The position numbers and the translations under genes were made by a program. This document shows, in pieces, positions 27,090-40,356 of a stretch of DNA of 64,000 nucleotides. The notes beneath the pieces were generated by a model. The model searched no databases. It was not told the origin of the DNA and saw nothing but the letters and a program-made list of their open reading frames with translations. The stretch is taken from the NCBI GenBank assembly GCA_964016885.1, contig OZ024741.1:12834001-12898000 (forward strand), in the 5' to 3' direction. Source of the DNA: Eledone cirrhosa. Lineage: Eukaryota. The first letter of the stretch is position 1. Every line of letters starts with the position of its first letter.

Positions 27090-27473
27090 GTAAGATTATA
27101 CATTTGTTTAACTCTTAACATTCTATAATAACTTAGAAGAAACTATCTAAAAACAATTTTGTTTATACAAATGTTTATAGTATCTTTTCGAGTGGACAGA
27201 TCATTGGGAAAAATTACAGTATTACAGCAAACATCTAATTATTAATGTGAGGCAGTCATACTATTGTTTTGTACTTTTCATGAAATTCTTGCTAATGTCG
27301 TTTCATGCAATTTGTTAATTCAGATGTTTAAAGTATCTTTACTTGTGGATAGATCATTGAGGAAATTTACAGTGAACTAAAGTAAAGAATAAAATGAAAC
27401 CTATCCGAGGATTAAAGTAGCCCCAGTGAAATACCGTGAGCGTGGAAAAGTAGATATAAAATGTGGCTGATAA

Positions 27474-27595
27474 TAATTGTTTCTACTTTTTGGCACAAGG
27501 CCAGCAATTATCCCAGTGCATTACTGGTACTTTATTTTATCGACTCCGTAAGGATGAAAGGCAAAGTTAACCTTGGCGGGATTTGAACGCAGACC
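27474..27595 (-). mobile_element. tRNA-derived SINE 3' part, same family as 35548
   Basis: Reverse complement of the SINE body and tail. Confidence 0.8.
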
Positions 27596-27619
27596 ATAAT
27601 GATTATATATATATATATA

Positions 27620-29112
27620 TAAAACTAGGTGTAGATGAATGGCTTGTGAGAGCTATACAAGCTATGTATAAAGAAACAGCCAGTAAGGTTAGAATTAACA
27701 ATGAATATTGTGAAGAATTTAGTGTAAAAGATGGTGTTCATCAAGAATCTGTCCTTAGCCACCTCCTATTTATTATTGCTCTTCAGGCTATAACAGAGGA
27801 GTTTAAGACTGGCTGCCCATGGGAACTCCTATACGCAGATGATCTAACTCTCATAGCAGAATCTATGGCTGAACTAGAGAAGAAATTCCAAACATGGAAG
27901 AATGGCCTAGAATCAAAAGGCCTTAAAGTTAACTTGTCTAAGACTAAAGTTCTAGTTTGTAGAAAGGAAAATAGGGCACAAGGCCCCTCAGGGAAATGGC
28001 CATGCTCAGTGTGTAAGAAAGGAGTAGGCAGAAATTCCATTTTATGTCTCAAAGGCAAACTATGGGTACATAAAAAATGTAGTGGGATCACAGGTAAACT
28101 ATCTAAGAACGTAGATTTTAAATATATAGATTTTATATATATAAAATCAGCAGGGGTGGAGGGTGCTCCGAAAGTACTGTAGCTCGAGTCCGAACGGGAT
28201 GGAAAAAGTTCAGAGAGCTTATACCACTATTGGCCGCTAAAGGTTTCTCTCTAAAAATAAAAGACAGGCTGTATGATGCCTGCATATGAACAGCGATGTT
28301 ACATGGCAGTGAGACATGGGCCTTGTGTGCAGAGGATCTACGCAGACTGGAGAGGAACGAAGCTTGCATGCTCCATTGGATGTGTAATAGTAATATACGT
28401 GAACGGCAAAGCATAAATGAACTAATTGAGAAATTAGGAATAAGAGGGATCAGATGCTGTTTACTCGAGAGAAAACTATGTTGGTATGGTCACGTGATGC
28501 GCATGAAAGACGACAGCTGTATAAAAAAGTGCAGGGCAATGAAAATAGACGGTAGCCACAGAGTAGGCAGACCCAGAAAAACCTGGGATGATTTGATAAA
28601 TTCCGACCTCACACACTTACACCTCTCCAAGACAATGTCACTGGACCAAGATCTTTGGCGCTACGTAGTAATACAGAAGACCCGCCTTGCCTGAGTACAA
28701 AGCGAAACCTACAGTCAGTAGGCACCTCTTAACCAAATATACACCCCAACCCACTACCCCTACTCCATCCTCCCACTCCCACCAACACCACCCTCTCTCT
28801 GTAAAGTTGGTACAACATCCAGTCCAAATATATGAGATAATGGGATTGAGATCGGTATCGTGTAGGTGTCACAACAAAAAAAAACACAGTCCACGCTGTA
28901 ATGTGGCCGTGTAGGTAACACGGTAAAAAGTTCCCAGTTCCACACTGTAAATGTGGTTGGTGTTAGGAAGGGCATCCAGCCATAGAATACCTGCCAGATA
29001 GTCCTATATGAGTGAGACATGGTCACCCGACCAACCTGGCCTCAAGTGGGACAACTCCCGTCTAACCCATGCTAGAGTGGAAGATAGACGTTAAACGATG
29101 ATGATGATGATG
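27620..29112 (+). mobile_element. RTE LINE, third family, 5'-truncated with an internal deletion; 3'UTR with 48-bp-like units
   Basis: YADD, MLHGSETWAL, terminal stem-loop and (GAT)n. Confidence 0.92.
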
Positions 29113-29327
29113 GTGTGTGTGTGTGTATATTAAGAAAAAGAAGAGACAAGTTTCACATATTCAACTTCAGTTTTTCACAACACAACTGTTATGCACATTT
29201 CGAAGACATCAAAACATTATTATTTCACAGTTATCCAATGCTTTATTTCCAGTCAGATGTTTACGTATTAACAATATATTTCAATACTTAAGCTAAACTA
29301 TGTATATATAATTTCTCTTTACCACAG

Positions 29328-29509
29328 GCACTAGTCTTTTAAGGCAATCTTTGCTGAAAGACAGTAATTCAGAAAGTGGAAGTGAGGGTGATAATCCCAT
29401 GCCAGATCAATATCAAGAATCGTCTCAGGATATGATTGAAAGTAAATTAAAGGAACTCAATATTGAATCTCTAAAATCTCCCCATCTAGTTACTGTACTT
29501 TTAGAAATG
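29328..29509 (+). CDS. CCDC125: CCDC125 exon E (TSLLRQSLLKDSNSESG...HLVTVLLEM)
   Basis: cacag|GC...ATG|gtgagt, 182 nt, phase 1 to 0, open frame. Confidence 0.85.
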
Positions 29510-30596
29510 GTGAGTTAACCATTCAAGTCGCCTTTCTTTTAGATGCTACATAGTTTTTTTTTGTTTTTCATGTTGTTTTTCTTATTGTTATTGTTGAATA
29601 ATTCTTATGTCAGGTAGTACTTTTCAAGAGGGTCTACAACAGAATTTAATGGACTAAAGTTTGTATTGATGTAGAGGGATTTAGGTGTTTAATCAATGAA
29701 ACACTTTGCTTAATTGATGTGTAAGTGGCTGAGCATTCTACAGAGTATTTTAATCAAGATTCTTTCCTTGGTCATTACATTATGCCAAGAGAAATCCTTA
29801 TTTAACCCTTTAAGGAGGAACCTCTTGAAATTGCTTGTTAAAGTGTTCAAATTTCTCTTCAAATCCTGGACTAAAATCTCATTGTTTTGTGAAGCGTAAT
29901 ATTAGATTTAAATAGTTATATATTTTACCTTTATTATGAAGCTGAAAGTTAGTCATTTCACTAAACCTTTCATAATTCTTGATTACAATCGTGATGATAG
30001 TATATTGTTGCAATTATGGTGATAAAAGAGATCGGTATGATAGTTGAGGCTTGGTAAAATGTGACATTATTTTCTTTTAGACTAAAAAATTTACACCAAA
30101 GATTAATCAGAATTTAATATCTTATATTTCTGAGAGGTACTTGATGGCAAAAGACTTCCTCTGAGGCATTGTGTTGAAACTAAGATGATTAAATTGTGGA
30201 AAAGTCATTTTAGCTGCAGTTGTACCTGTGTAGCAAGTGACTAGATCTGAAATTGTGTGTTGAAAATAAAACAATTACAGTGTGTAGCTGTATGACAAGT
30301 GACTTCTGTTGAATCTAAAGCAATTACAGCATGGATGAGTGAGTTTAGTCACAGTTGTCCCTGTATGGCAAGTGACTGGATTTGAGACTGTGTTGAAACT
30401 AAAACAATTACAGCATGGACAAGACATTTTAACCACAGTTGTTCCTCAATAAACTGTAAAACTTTGTTATTGTTATTTTAACATGCTATGTTCTATTTGC
30501 ATTGTTGTAGCCTCTGGGAAAATATCAGTTATTTCCTGCACTTTCCACATTGATTCAAGCAAACTATAACACACTTTTGTTTCATTTTACTTACAG

Positions 30597-30755
30597 CTTC
30601 AAGAGAAGAGTGAAATTTTAGCTTATCAAAAGCTGGCTAGCAGAATATTAGCAAATAAACTAAAAGATTTTGAATCTGGAATTCCGTCTTCTTCAGACTC
30701 CCTTAAAACTGATGAGGAATATGAAACAAAGGAATTGGAAGCTGTAAGTTCCTAG
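30597..30755 (+). CDS. CCDC125: CCDC125 exon F (LQEKSEILAYQKLASRILANKLKD...ELEA). Either spliced at 30743 or read through VSS to TAG at 30753-30755
   Basis: ttacag acceptor. Matches the recalled CCDC125 motif LNDKEEALAHQRKVSYMLA. Confidence 0.85.
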   Translation, partial: LQEKSEILAYQKLASRILANKLKDFESGIPSSSDSLKTDEEYETKELEAVSS

Positions 30756-30759
30756 GGAA

Positions 30760-31320
30760 TCATCATTAACGTCCATCTTCCACACTAGCATGGGTTTGGA
30801 CGGGAGTTTTCCCACTTGAGGCAAGATTGGTTGTCTTGCTCGTATAGGACTGTCTGGTGGGTTTTCTACGGCTGGATGCCCTTCCTAACACCAACCACGT
30901 TTGCAGTGTGGACTGGGAGGTTTTTACCGTGTTACCTACACGGCCACATTACAGCGTGGACTGTGTGTTTTTTTTGTCGTGACACCTACACAACCTCATT
31001 TATTTAGGACTGGATGTTGTGGTACCAACATAACTTTACATCAAAAGGTGTGGATGAGGTGGGGGTAGTGGGACGGGGGTGTATTTTGGTTAAGAGGTGC
31101 CTACTGACTGTAGTAGGTTTCACTTTGTACTTAGGCAAGGCGGGTCTTCTGTATTACTGCGTCGCGCCAAAGATCTCGGTCCAATGACATTGTCTTGGAG
31201 AGGTGTAAGTGTGTGAGGTCGGAATTTATCAAGTCGTCCCAGGTTTTTCTGGGTCTGCCTACTCTGTGGCTACCGTCTATTTTGATCGCCCTGCACTTTT
31301 TTATACAGCTGTCGTCTTTA
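30760..31320 (-). mobile_element. RTE 3' fragment of the third family, inverted relative to 28507-29112
   Basis: DDSCIKKCRAIKIDGSHRVGRPRKTW...; same 3'UTR. Confidence 0.92.
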
Positions 31321-31669
31321 TCCATCTTTATTTTGAAGCAAACCTTTAACTTTTTATGGGATACACCAAAGTTTATTCTAATCACCGATTAGATAACTCT
31401 TAACATCCTGCAAATATTTAGCAGAAAATATTTAACAATGGGTTTGTTAATTCAAATGTTTATAGTAGAGTTTGGGAAGTATTGAAACATCTTGTTCAAG
31501 GTGTCATGTGACCAGAACTAAATATTATGACATCCCACCATTGTTCATGAAATTACATTAACTAAGAAGAGGCTAAAAAGGAAGATGGATGCTTCTACGT
31601 GTTCATTCCATGTGGTTTTGTTTTTTTCCATGTGCAACTTTGCTACACACAAACACACATACACACACA

Positions 31670-32330
31670 TATCATCAATGTTTAATGTCCATTAGCCATG
31701 TTAGCATGGGTTAGAGGAGTTGTTCAGATATGAGCCAAGGCAGAGCAGATAACCGTCTCCAAATCACACTGGACCGATTTTGGCTTGGTTTCTACAGCTG
31801 GATGCCCCTCCTAATGGAAATCACATTTACAGTGTGTACTGGGTATCATTTATCATGGCACCAAAATGACCACTTTACGGTGCAGACTGAGTGCTTTTTG
31901 TCGTTACACCTACATGACCACTTTACAGTGTGTACTGGATGCTTTTGTCATGACACCTACACAAGCACTTTACAGTGTGGGCTGGCCACTTTTTGTCATG
32001 ACACTTACACGACCACTTTACACTGTGGACTGGGGTGGTGGAAGTGCATGGGGATTGGAGAGGTAGACCTAGGGTGGGGCACTTATCAGGTGAGGGTTGG
32101 ATGAAGGGGTATGTTAGGGTATTGGAATTGTATGGAAAGGGGAGGTAAGAGAGAGTAGTGCATACTAGATGTATGCTTTTGCCTGTATATATGGGAGGTG
32201 TTCAGTATTACTACATAACACCAAAGATCATGATCCTTTCTCATCACCTTTGAGAGGTGTAATTAGGCTAAGTCAGCTTTTACCACCTCATCACAAGTAT
32301 TCCTAGGTCTTCCTACTCCATAGCTTCCAT
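31670..32330 (-). mobile_element. Older RTE 3' end whose 3'UTR has about 4 tandem copies of the 48-bp satellite unit (31826-32034)
   Basis: Degraded ORF end (GVGRPR...EVVKADL), 48-bp units, ggggcatccagc motif, catgctaacatg stem-loop and GAT tail. Confidence 0.88.
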
Positions 32331-32756
32331 CATATATTTATATATATCATCATCATCATCGTTTTACATCCGTTCTTCCACGCTATCATGGGTTAGACGG
32401 GTTGTCCTGTTGTGAGCAGTGTCCAGTTGGCTAACCTTGTCTTGCTCATACAGGAACTGTATATATGCTAAATAATGAGACTCTGGAGTTTCACCTGTTT
32501 ATCACAGGATCACCACACAAGATGAGGACTCTGTGATAAACAGGCAAAACTCCAGAGTAACAAGACTAATTATTTAGCTATAATAAACTCGACTTCGGTA
32601 TTGAATACACTTTTCTCTCAGCCGTCAACCAAATATGGATATTTATATATATGTGAGTGTGTGTGTATATTGTCTAAGCCATGCTAGTGTGACGTAAAAT
32701 GGTGAGGATGGTGATACATATATGTATATATATATATAAATATGTATGTATGTATG

Positions 32757-32795
<39 letters not shown>

Positions 32796-32987
32796 TAATA
32801 CAACTGTAGTGCTTCTACCTCCCCACCACCACCACTGATTGACCTATATTAATTAACATATGAAGAAACAGATGGCAATTGATTGGAGTTCATTTAATTT
32901 GCCACATATATTCAGAAATCAATATATTAATTGTTCATTATTTTGTTGAACAATAAACAATATTGACGTATGTATTTTACTACTATG

Positions 32988-33440
<453 letters not shown>

Positions 33441-33460
33441 TATATATATATATATTTATA

Positions 33461-34751
33461 CAGGGTGCGGACAATATTTGTTCGCAAGATTACTGTCTAG
33501 GAAAAGATAACACAGTAGTTTTATTTTTAAGATATATTTATCAAACTTGGTTCAGTTTGTTTTTATGACTTGTTCTTTCGATCTCACTCGATAAACACGC
33601 CATTAGCTTTGATGACGGCCTCAAGGCGGCCTCGGAACCGGCTACAGGCCTTCGTCACTGTCCCCCAACTTAGGCCCCTAAAAGCACTTGTGATCCTGAC
33701 CTTCAGATCGTCTTTTGTATTGCAGCTAGATCTGTTGGTGTCTCGTTCCACTGCGCCCCACACAAAGAAGTCGAGGGGGTTGCAATCAGGCGAGCTGGGA
33801 GGCCAGATGTCAGGTGAAGTGTGGTCGACGAATTTCTCTGACAGCCAGGCTTGGGTCTTTCGGCTGGTATGGCAGGGCGCTGATTGTTGCTGCCACACGT
33901 ACGGCCTACCTGTATCTACCTGGTCAATCCAGGGCTTTACTACCTCGCTCAGAACGCAGATGTAGCCATCGGTGTTCAGCTTGAGGCCCTCAGGGAAGAA
34001 GTGAGGTGGCATGACGTCACCTTGACTGCTGACGACACCTAAGACCAATGTTGTCACTGGAAACTTTGTCTGCATGACTCTGGGCACGTCTTTGGATGAG
34101 ACAGCAAGCCACCTGTTATTCTGGGAGTTGATCTTCTGGTCTTGGCAGAAGTTTTTCTCGTCGGAGAAAAACCACAGCATGTCTGGCTCCAGTGGGTGTT
34201 TCAACTTGTTGATCACTTCTTTGCGTGCTACAGTCACTTTTCTTGCATCGCCTTTGACAGAAATTGTCCTTTCCTCATCTTGTATGAAACGTAGCAAATG
34301 TCTTCATGTACCACCAGCCTAATGAGCTTTTCATCCACGCCTTTCTCCCTTGCAATGGCATGCATCGTCTTGCTAGGTTCATTGTTGATGATATCCTGAA
34401 CTTCAGCGACGAACTCGGGCGTTCTGAAGGCGTCAGATCGTCGATCATGTGTTTTCCTATCTGATGTTGCTTCGTAGTTGAATCCTGAACTTCCAATTCC
34501 TTTCTGATCTTTTCCACCATTCTCCTGCTGATGCTGAGAAAGTCTGAAATTTCCTTATTTGTCCTCCCGAGAAGAACTCTGTGTCTCTTCCACAAATTTG
34601 GAGGTTCAAAATTATTCATAATCAATTATTCTGAAAATAAATAATGGAAATATAGTCACTGTTTTTATGAAGACAAGAGTGACAACGGAAGTAAAAAAAT
34701 TTGCATAAAATTAGCAGTTGAAAATTGCGAACAAATATCGTCCACACCCTG
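33461..34751 (-). mobile_element. Tc1/mariner-superfamily transposon, DD37D (maT-type), full-length but inactivated
   Basis: TIRs cagggtgcggacaatatttgttcgcaa / ttgcgaacaaatatcgtccacaccctg, TA TSD. FSDEKNF, QQ(Q)SAPCH and SPDCNPLD motifs, with 37 residues between the second and third catalytic positions. Confidence 0.93.
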
Positions 34752-35074
34752 TATATATATATGTGTATATATATATAAGATATATATATATATCATCATC
34801 ATCATTTTACGTCCGCTTTTCCCTGCTTGTATGTGTGTGTGTACCTGATACATATACATATATACATGCTACATATATACATGCATATATACATACATTC
34901 ATTTACATGTATATATGTGTGTGTATACACAAATATTTCAAAGGTTTTATCCTAAAGCAGTGTTAACAATTATGTAGATTTGCTGATAAAAGCCAATATA
35001 TATATATATTTGATCCAATTCTGGATATAAATGAAAATACAAAACATGTTATACATATTGAGAAATAATGCTTA

Positions 35075-35528
35075 GCTTTTTAGTTACCAACCTGCCAAAA
35101 CTAGCTCTGGTTCTATGAAATAAAACCACCCATTAAAAGTTTTCAATTTAAATTAAAATCTTACAACATAATTTAATATTAGAACCTTATATTAAGTTAC
35201 TATCTTAGTAATGAGATAATTGATAATTCTTGTAATTCCCTCAAAATTCTTTGTTAATTAATTAAAATTGAGTGTATTTCATTAGAAATGTGGCCATGAA
35301 AGGGTTAACCCTTTTGTTACCAAACCTGCCAAAACCAATTCTTCGTCTATAAGACAATCCCCCATTTGGAATGGTTCCTATTTATATTAAAATCATTTAA
35401 CAATTTTATATAAGAAAACATGTATTAAGTTGCTATTTTTGTCATAAAATAATAATTTTAATAAATCCCTCAAAATTCATCATTAATTAATTGAAATAGA
35501 GTACTTCATTAGAAATGTAGTCACAAAG
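35075..35528. mobile_element. Two head-to-tail piggyBac-type MITEs joined at GGG-TTAA-CCC (35302-35311)
   Basis: Approximately 230-bp direct repeat with a shared TTAA. Confidence 0.7.
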
Positions 35529-35547
35529 TCATTATAATAATAATAAT

Positions 35548-35735
35548 GGGCGGTGGATTGGCAGTATCGGTAGAGGGTCGGACGCCATGCTTTCCAGCAT
35601 AGTTACGTCCCTTTACGATCTGAGTTCAAATCCCGCCGAGGTTGACTTTGCCTTTCATCCTTACAGGGTTGATAAAATAAAGTACCAGTAATGCACTGGG
35701 TAATTGCTGGCCTTGTGCCTAAAGTAGAAACAATT
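35548..35735 (+). mobile_element. Young tRNA-derived SINE
   Basis: Box A tggcagtatcgg, box B gttcaaatcc; nearly identical to 51155-51343. Confidence 0.9.
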
Positions 35736-35744
35736 ATAATAATA

Positions 35745-36282
35745 ATAATAATGAAATTATTGTGTAAAGTGCTCAAGTGTACTACAACTCATCAAAGGTG
35801 CATGTATAGTACATAGAATAATATACAAATGTCAGGGAAGTGAATAGTGTATGAGTCATGATATACGTGTGTGTATGTGTATGGAGGGGGAACATTATGT
35901 GTAGTGTTGGCGAATCTCAGGAAGCATGGAGGTTTTAAAGGCTGCAGTGTCTCGACAGCTAACAATTGATGCAGGTAGTTTGTTCCATGCTTCAGCAACT
36001 CTGAGCGTGAACAAATGTTTTCGAAAGTCATGGGAGCTGTGCTGTTTTCTGACTTTGTGGACATGTCCAAGTGTGTTAGACACATGGAAATCAAAAAGGT
36101 ACTAAGGGTTGTTGTTGGCAAGATGGTTAACAATTTTGTGGGTGTTTACCAAGTCAGTTGCCAGGCGTCGGAGTTTCAATGTATCCATGCCCAGGGAAGC
36201 AAGGCGTTCAGAGTATGGTAGATGCCTGATGGAGGGTATTCACTTGGTTGCACGTCTCTGAACATTTTCCAGGCGGTCAATG
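35745..36282 (-). mobile_element. CR1-clade LINE 3' end
   Basis: RLENVQRRATK, LKLRRL, FTLRVAEAWNKLP...FK; (ATT)n tail. Confidence 0.88.
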
Positions 36283-36959
36283 TTCAATTAAAGGTTCCTA
36301 TTTAAATTAAAATCTTCCAACATAATTTTAATTTAAAAAAATGTTAAATTTCTGTCTTTGTAATGAAATAATTAATAATTATAATAAATCCAGACCTGTA
36401 TTCCTCAGTAATTCCACCACCTCTCCCTTCTGCAGTTACTAACCTACAGAATTCTTGCTGTACATCAGATGACACTTCATTCTTACTATTAATTGTTTCT
36501 ACTTTTGGCACAAGCCAGCAAATACCCAGTGTATTACTGGTACGGGAGGAAGAATGCTCCCTCTCCTCTTCTCAGTAAATTATAGACAACACAATAAAAA
36601 CAGAGTAGGGGTTACTTTTTTACATGAATTACTGTAAATCATATGTAAAACAATATATCCCTGCATGTTGTAAGGGGCAACTGAAAGGATTGGCTCTGGG
36701 AAGGGCATCCAGCCGTAAAACATTGCCTGAGAAAGGACCTCATGCTGAGTATGAAGCTTATGATAGGACCCACAAGGCTAACCTGTTTTAGCAGGGAAAA
36801 TGGCCTTAAAATACTTGTTGTTATTGTTGTTGTTTTGTTATGTAATAATAAAATATTAGAAAGAAATGTATTTTTGTAACGAAAAAATAAAATGAATTTA
36901 AAAACTCTAATATAAAGATGAAGGAAGTAATCGATTTTATTGTCTTTGATAATTTATAG

Positions 36960-37165
36960 CTGATTTTTATTGAACTCAATGTGTCATTTGAAAAAAGACT
37001 AGATGAAGCCCCTATTTATAAGACCAATAAATATAGCAGTCAACCTATCAGACTGAGGGAAGCCATCTTCCAGGCCAAAGTTCTCACCATAGACATTGGA
37101 GTTAGAGAAGTTGTAGGTAAATCTACCTATAATCTCATGAAATATCTCCCAATTCCTTCGTAGAG
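36960..37165 (+). mobile_element. Degenerate restriction-like endonuclease fragment of a non-LTR element
   Basis: IELNVSFE...KTNKY...KVLTIDIGVR resembles the E..K..KY..G pattern of RLE domains. Confidence 0.5.
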
Positions 37166-37689
37166 GAGGACCAAATCCCTAAATGTAATTTGCAGGTATT
37201 GCAGAGAGAAGTTCCATGTGGATCTAGTTAAGAAGGACCAGAATTGATGTCCATACAGCTTAAGTGTCCCACACACAACAATATCCAAGGTATTAAAAGG
37301 CATCATCAGAAGGACACAATGGGGGTTATGACCTGAAGCTATCTACTTCACTTCGAGTATAAAAAATTAAGGGCACACACAACACTGTAATGGGTTATTT
37401 TCTGTTTATTTTTTCTGTTTTAATCACCTTAGTGAGTTGGAACTTGTCAGATCGGACCAAGGAAACAATGTTTCCATTGGTCTTTCTATTTGCTGATACT
37501 ATCTACAGGTCACAACTCATGGCAGAAGAAGCAATATGAAATAAAGTGTCTTACTCAAGGACTTATCACCCAACATGAGATTTGAACTCACAACATCACA
37601 ATTGTGAATTCAACTCTCTATCCACTAAGCCACATACTTTCACAGATAATAGCTAAGAATGATGATGATGTTGATGAAAATGATAATGA

Positions 37690-40356
37690 TAAAGCCTTCC
37701 CTAGTGAGGAATGTACATCCCAACATAGCTTAGTTGTCAGCGACCTCACGGTCAGAACTAGACGAGCCCTGAAACAGAGGCCAACCTGGAGAAGAAAGAT
37801 CTGGAAGCTGAAAGTCCCCTCAACCAGTAACAGATTTAAAGATATTTTACTCAACGCCTACGACAGTAAAGAAGAACAGATAGAGACATTTAACGTAGAA
37901 GAGAACTGGGAGTTCCTAAAAAATAACTTACTAGAGGCGACGGATGAGGTTTGTGGCTGGAGTAAGACCTCAAGCAGGAGGAGAGTGACTTGGTGGTGGA
38001 ACAATAAGGTAGATGAAGCAGTCAAGGCCAAGAGACAGGCATGGAAAGAATGGAAGAACGGGGGGAGCAGGGTACATTACATAGAGACCAAGAGGGAAGC
38101 TAGGCGACAAGTATACTTAGCTAGGAGGGAAGCAGAGGATAGAAAATTCAAGCATGTTTTACAACGTGAGGACCAGAAACAGGAGGTATTCAAGATTGCG
38201 AGGCAGTGTGTCAGAGATAGTTGTGATGTCATTGGAGAGAAGTGTATCCGGAATGATAAAGGTGAGCTTGCCCTCACAAGTGCTGAGAAGAAAGATGCAT
38301 GGAAGAGTCATTATGATAGATTACTAAATGAGGAGAATGCATGGGAAGAAGAGACCCTACCCCACGTAGACCCTATAGAGGGACCAGCAGTACAAGTCAG
38401 CGGCAGCGTAGTAAGTAAGGCAATCAGAGATATGAAGATAGGGAAGGCAACCGGTCCATCGGGTATAGCTGCCGAGATGCTGAAGGCATCTGGGTCTGTA
38501 GGTCACACTATAACCACACGTATCGTTAACCAGGTAATACTAGAGGGGGCCATACCAAAAGATTGGTGCAGTAGCATCATTGTCAACTGCTACAAAGGTA
38601 AAGGCGATGCACTAGATAGAGGAAACTATAGAGGTATAAAGTTGATGGACCAGGTCATGAAAGTAACAGAAAGAGTTATAGCACAGCTGATTAGGGACCG
38701 GGTGAATATAGACGAGATGCAATTTGGGTTTGTTCCAGGGAAAGGCACCACTGATGCGCTCTTCCTTGTGAGGCAATTACAGGAAAAGTACCTAGCTAAA
38801 AGTAAGCCACTCTACTTGGCATTTGTCGACCTTGAGAAAGCCTTTGACAGAGTTCCACGTGCAGTAATCTGGTGGGCTCTTAGAAAACTAGGAGTAGATG
38901 AATGGCTTGTGAAAGCGGTACAAGCCATGTATAGGGGAGCAGTCAGCAAAGTTAGGATTGGCAATGAGTATAGCGAGGAATTTAGCGTACAGGTTGGGGT
39001 CCACCAGGGCTCTGTTCTTAGCCCTCTCCTGTTCATCATAGTCCTGCAGGCAATAACGGAGGAGTTTAAGACCGGATGCCCATGGGAACTCCTGTATGCT
39101 GATGACCTCGCACTCATAGCTGAATCTATGGTAGAACTAGAGAATAAATTCCAAACCTGGAAGCAGGGACTAGAGAGAAAGGGCCTCAAAGTCAACATGA
39201 CAAAGACTAAGGTCCTTATAAGTAGACGAGAAAACAGAACCCAGATCCCCTCAGGGAAATGGCCTTGCTCAGTATGTAGGAAAGGTGTAGGTAGGAACTC
39301 CATTCTTTGCCCCAAATGCAAACAATGGGTACACAAGAGATGTAGCGGGATCTCAGGAAGCTTAATTAAGAATGTAGGATTCACATGCAGCAGCTGTGCT
39401 GAAACAGCAAGCAAACAGCCACAGGAAACAAGTACCACCAATCTCTGGGAGGGCCCTGTAGAAACAGTAGACAGCTTCTGCTACCTAGGTGACCGAATTA
39501 GCAACGGAGGTGGGTGCTCAGAAAGTACAATAACTAGGGTAAGAACGGGATGGAAGAAGTTTAGGGAACTACTACCACTGCTAGCTGCAAAAGGCTTCTC
39601 CCTCAGAATGAAAGGCAGACTGTATGATGCGTGTATCCGAACAGCGATGTTGCATGGTAGTGAGACCTGGGCGCTGAAGGTGGAAGACTTACGTAGATTA
39701 GAGAGAAACGAAGCCTGCATGCTCCGATGGATGTGTAACAGTAATATACGTGAACGACAAAGCATAAATGAATTGAGAGAGAGACTGAGCATAAGAGGAA
39801 TCAAATGCTGCGTGCAGGAGAGGCGGTTACGCTGGTATGGACATGTGATGCGTATGAAGGATGACAGCTGCATAAAAAGGTGCAGAGCACTAGAAGTTGA
39901 TGGAAACCGCGGAGTGGGGAGACCCAAGATGACTTGGGATGAGGTGATAAAAGCCGACCTTACCCAACTACACCTCTCAAAGTCAATGACACACGACCGT
40001 GACTTCTGGCGTCACGCAGTAATACAGGGTACCCGACCTCCCATGGGTACATGCTGAAGCATATAAACAATATGCCCCCCCCCCCCCACCGCAAGGTGGT
40101 CGTGGAGGTGCCACGGCAAAAAAGCACCCAGCCCACACTGTAAAGTGGACGTGTAGGCGCCACGAAAAAGCACCCAGCACTCACTGTAAATGAGGTTGGT
40201 GTTAGGAAGGGCATCCAGCTGTAGAAATCAAGCCAGATCAGTTCCTGTATGAGCAAGGCATGGTCAGCCGACCAGACACTGCCCACAACAGGACAACCCG
40301 TCTAACCCATGCTAGCGTGGAAGAACGGACGTAAAACGGTGATGATGATGATGATG
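37690..40356 (+). mobile_element. Young RTE LINE (copy 2), longer: end of the AP endonuclease domain (SQHSLV), RT, PHD-like finger, 3'UTR, (GAT)n
   Basis: ORF open to 40057; only a handful of differences from 18576-20963. Confidence 0.97.

Noticed and set aside
35548-35640. tRNA gene
   Set aside because: It has A/B boxes but no complete cloverleaf, and continues into a multi-copy SINE body.
36960-37165. Candidate terminal CCDC125 exon after ttatag
   Set aside because: The peptide resembles a retroelement restriction-like endonuclease rather than CCDC125.
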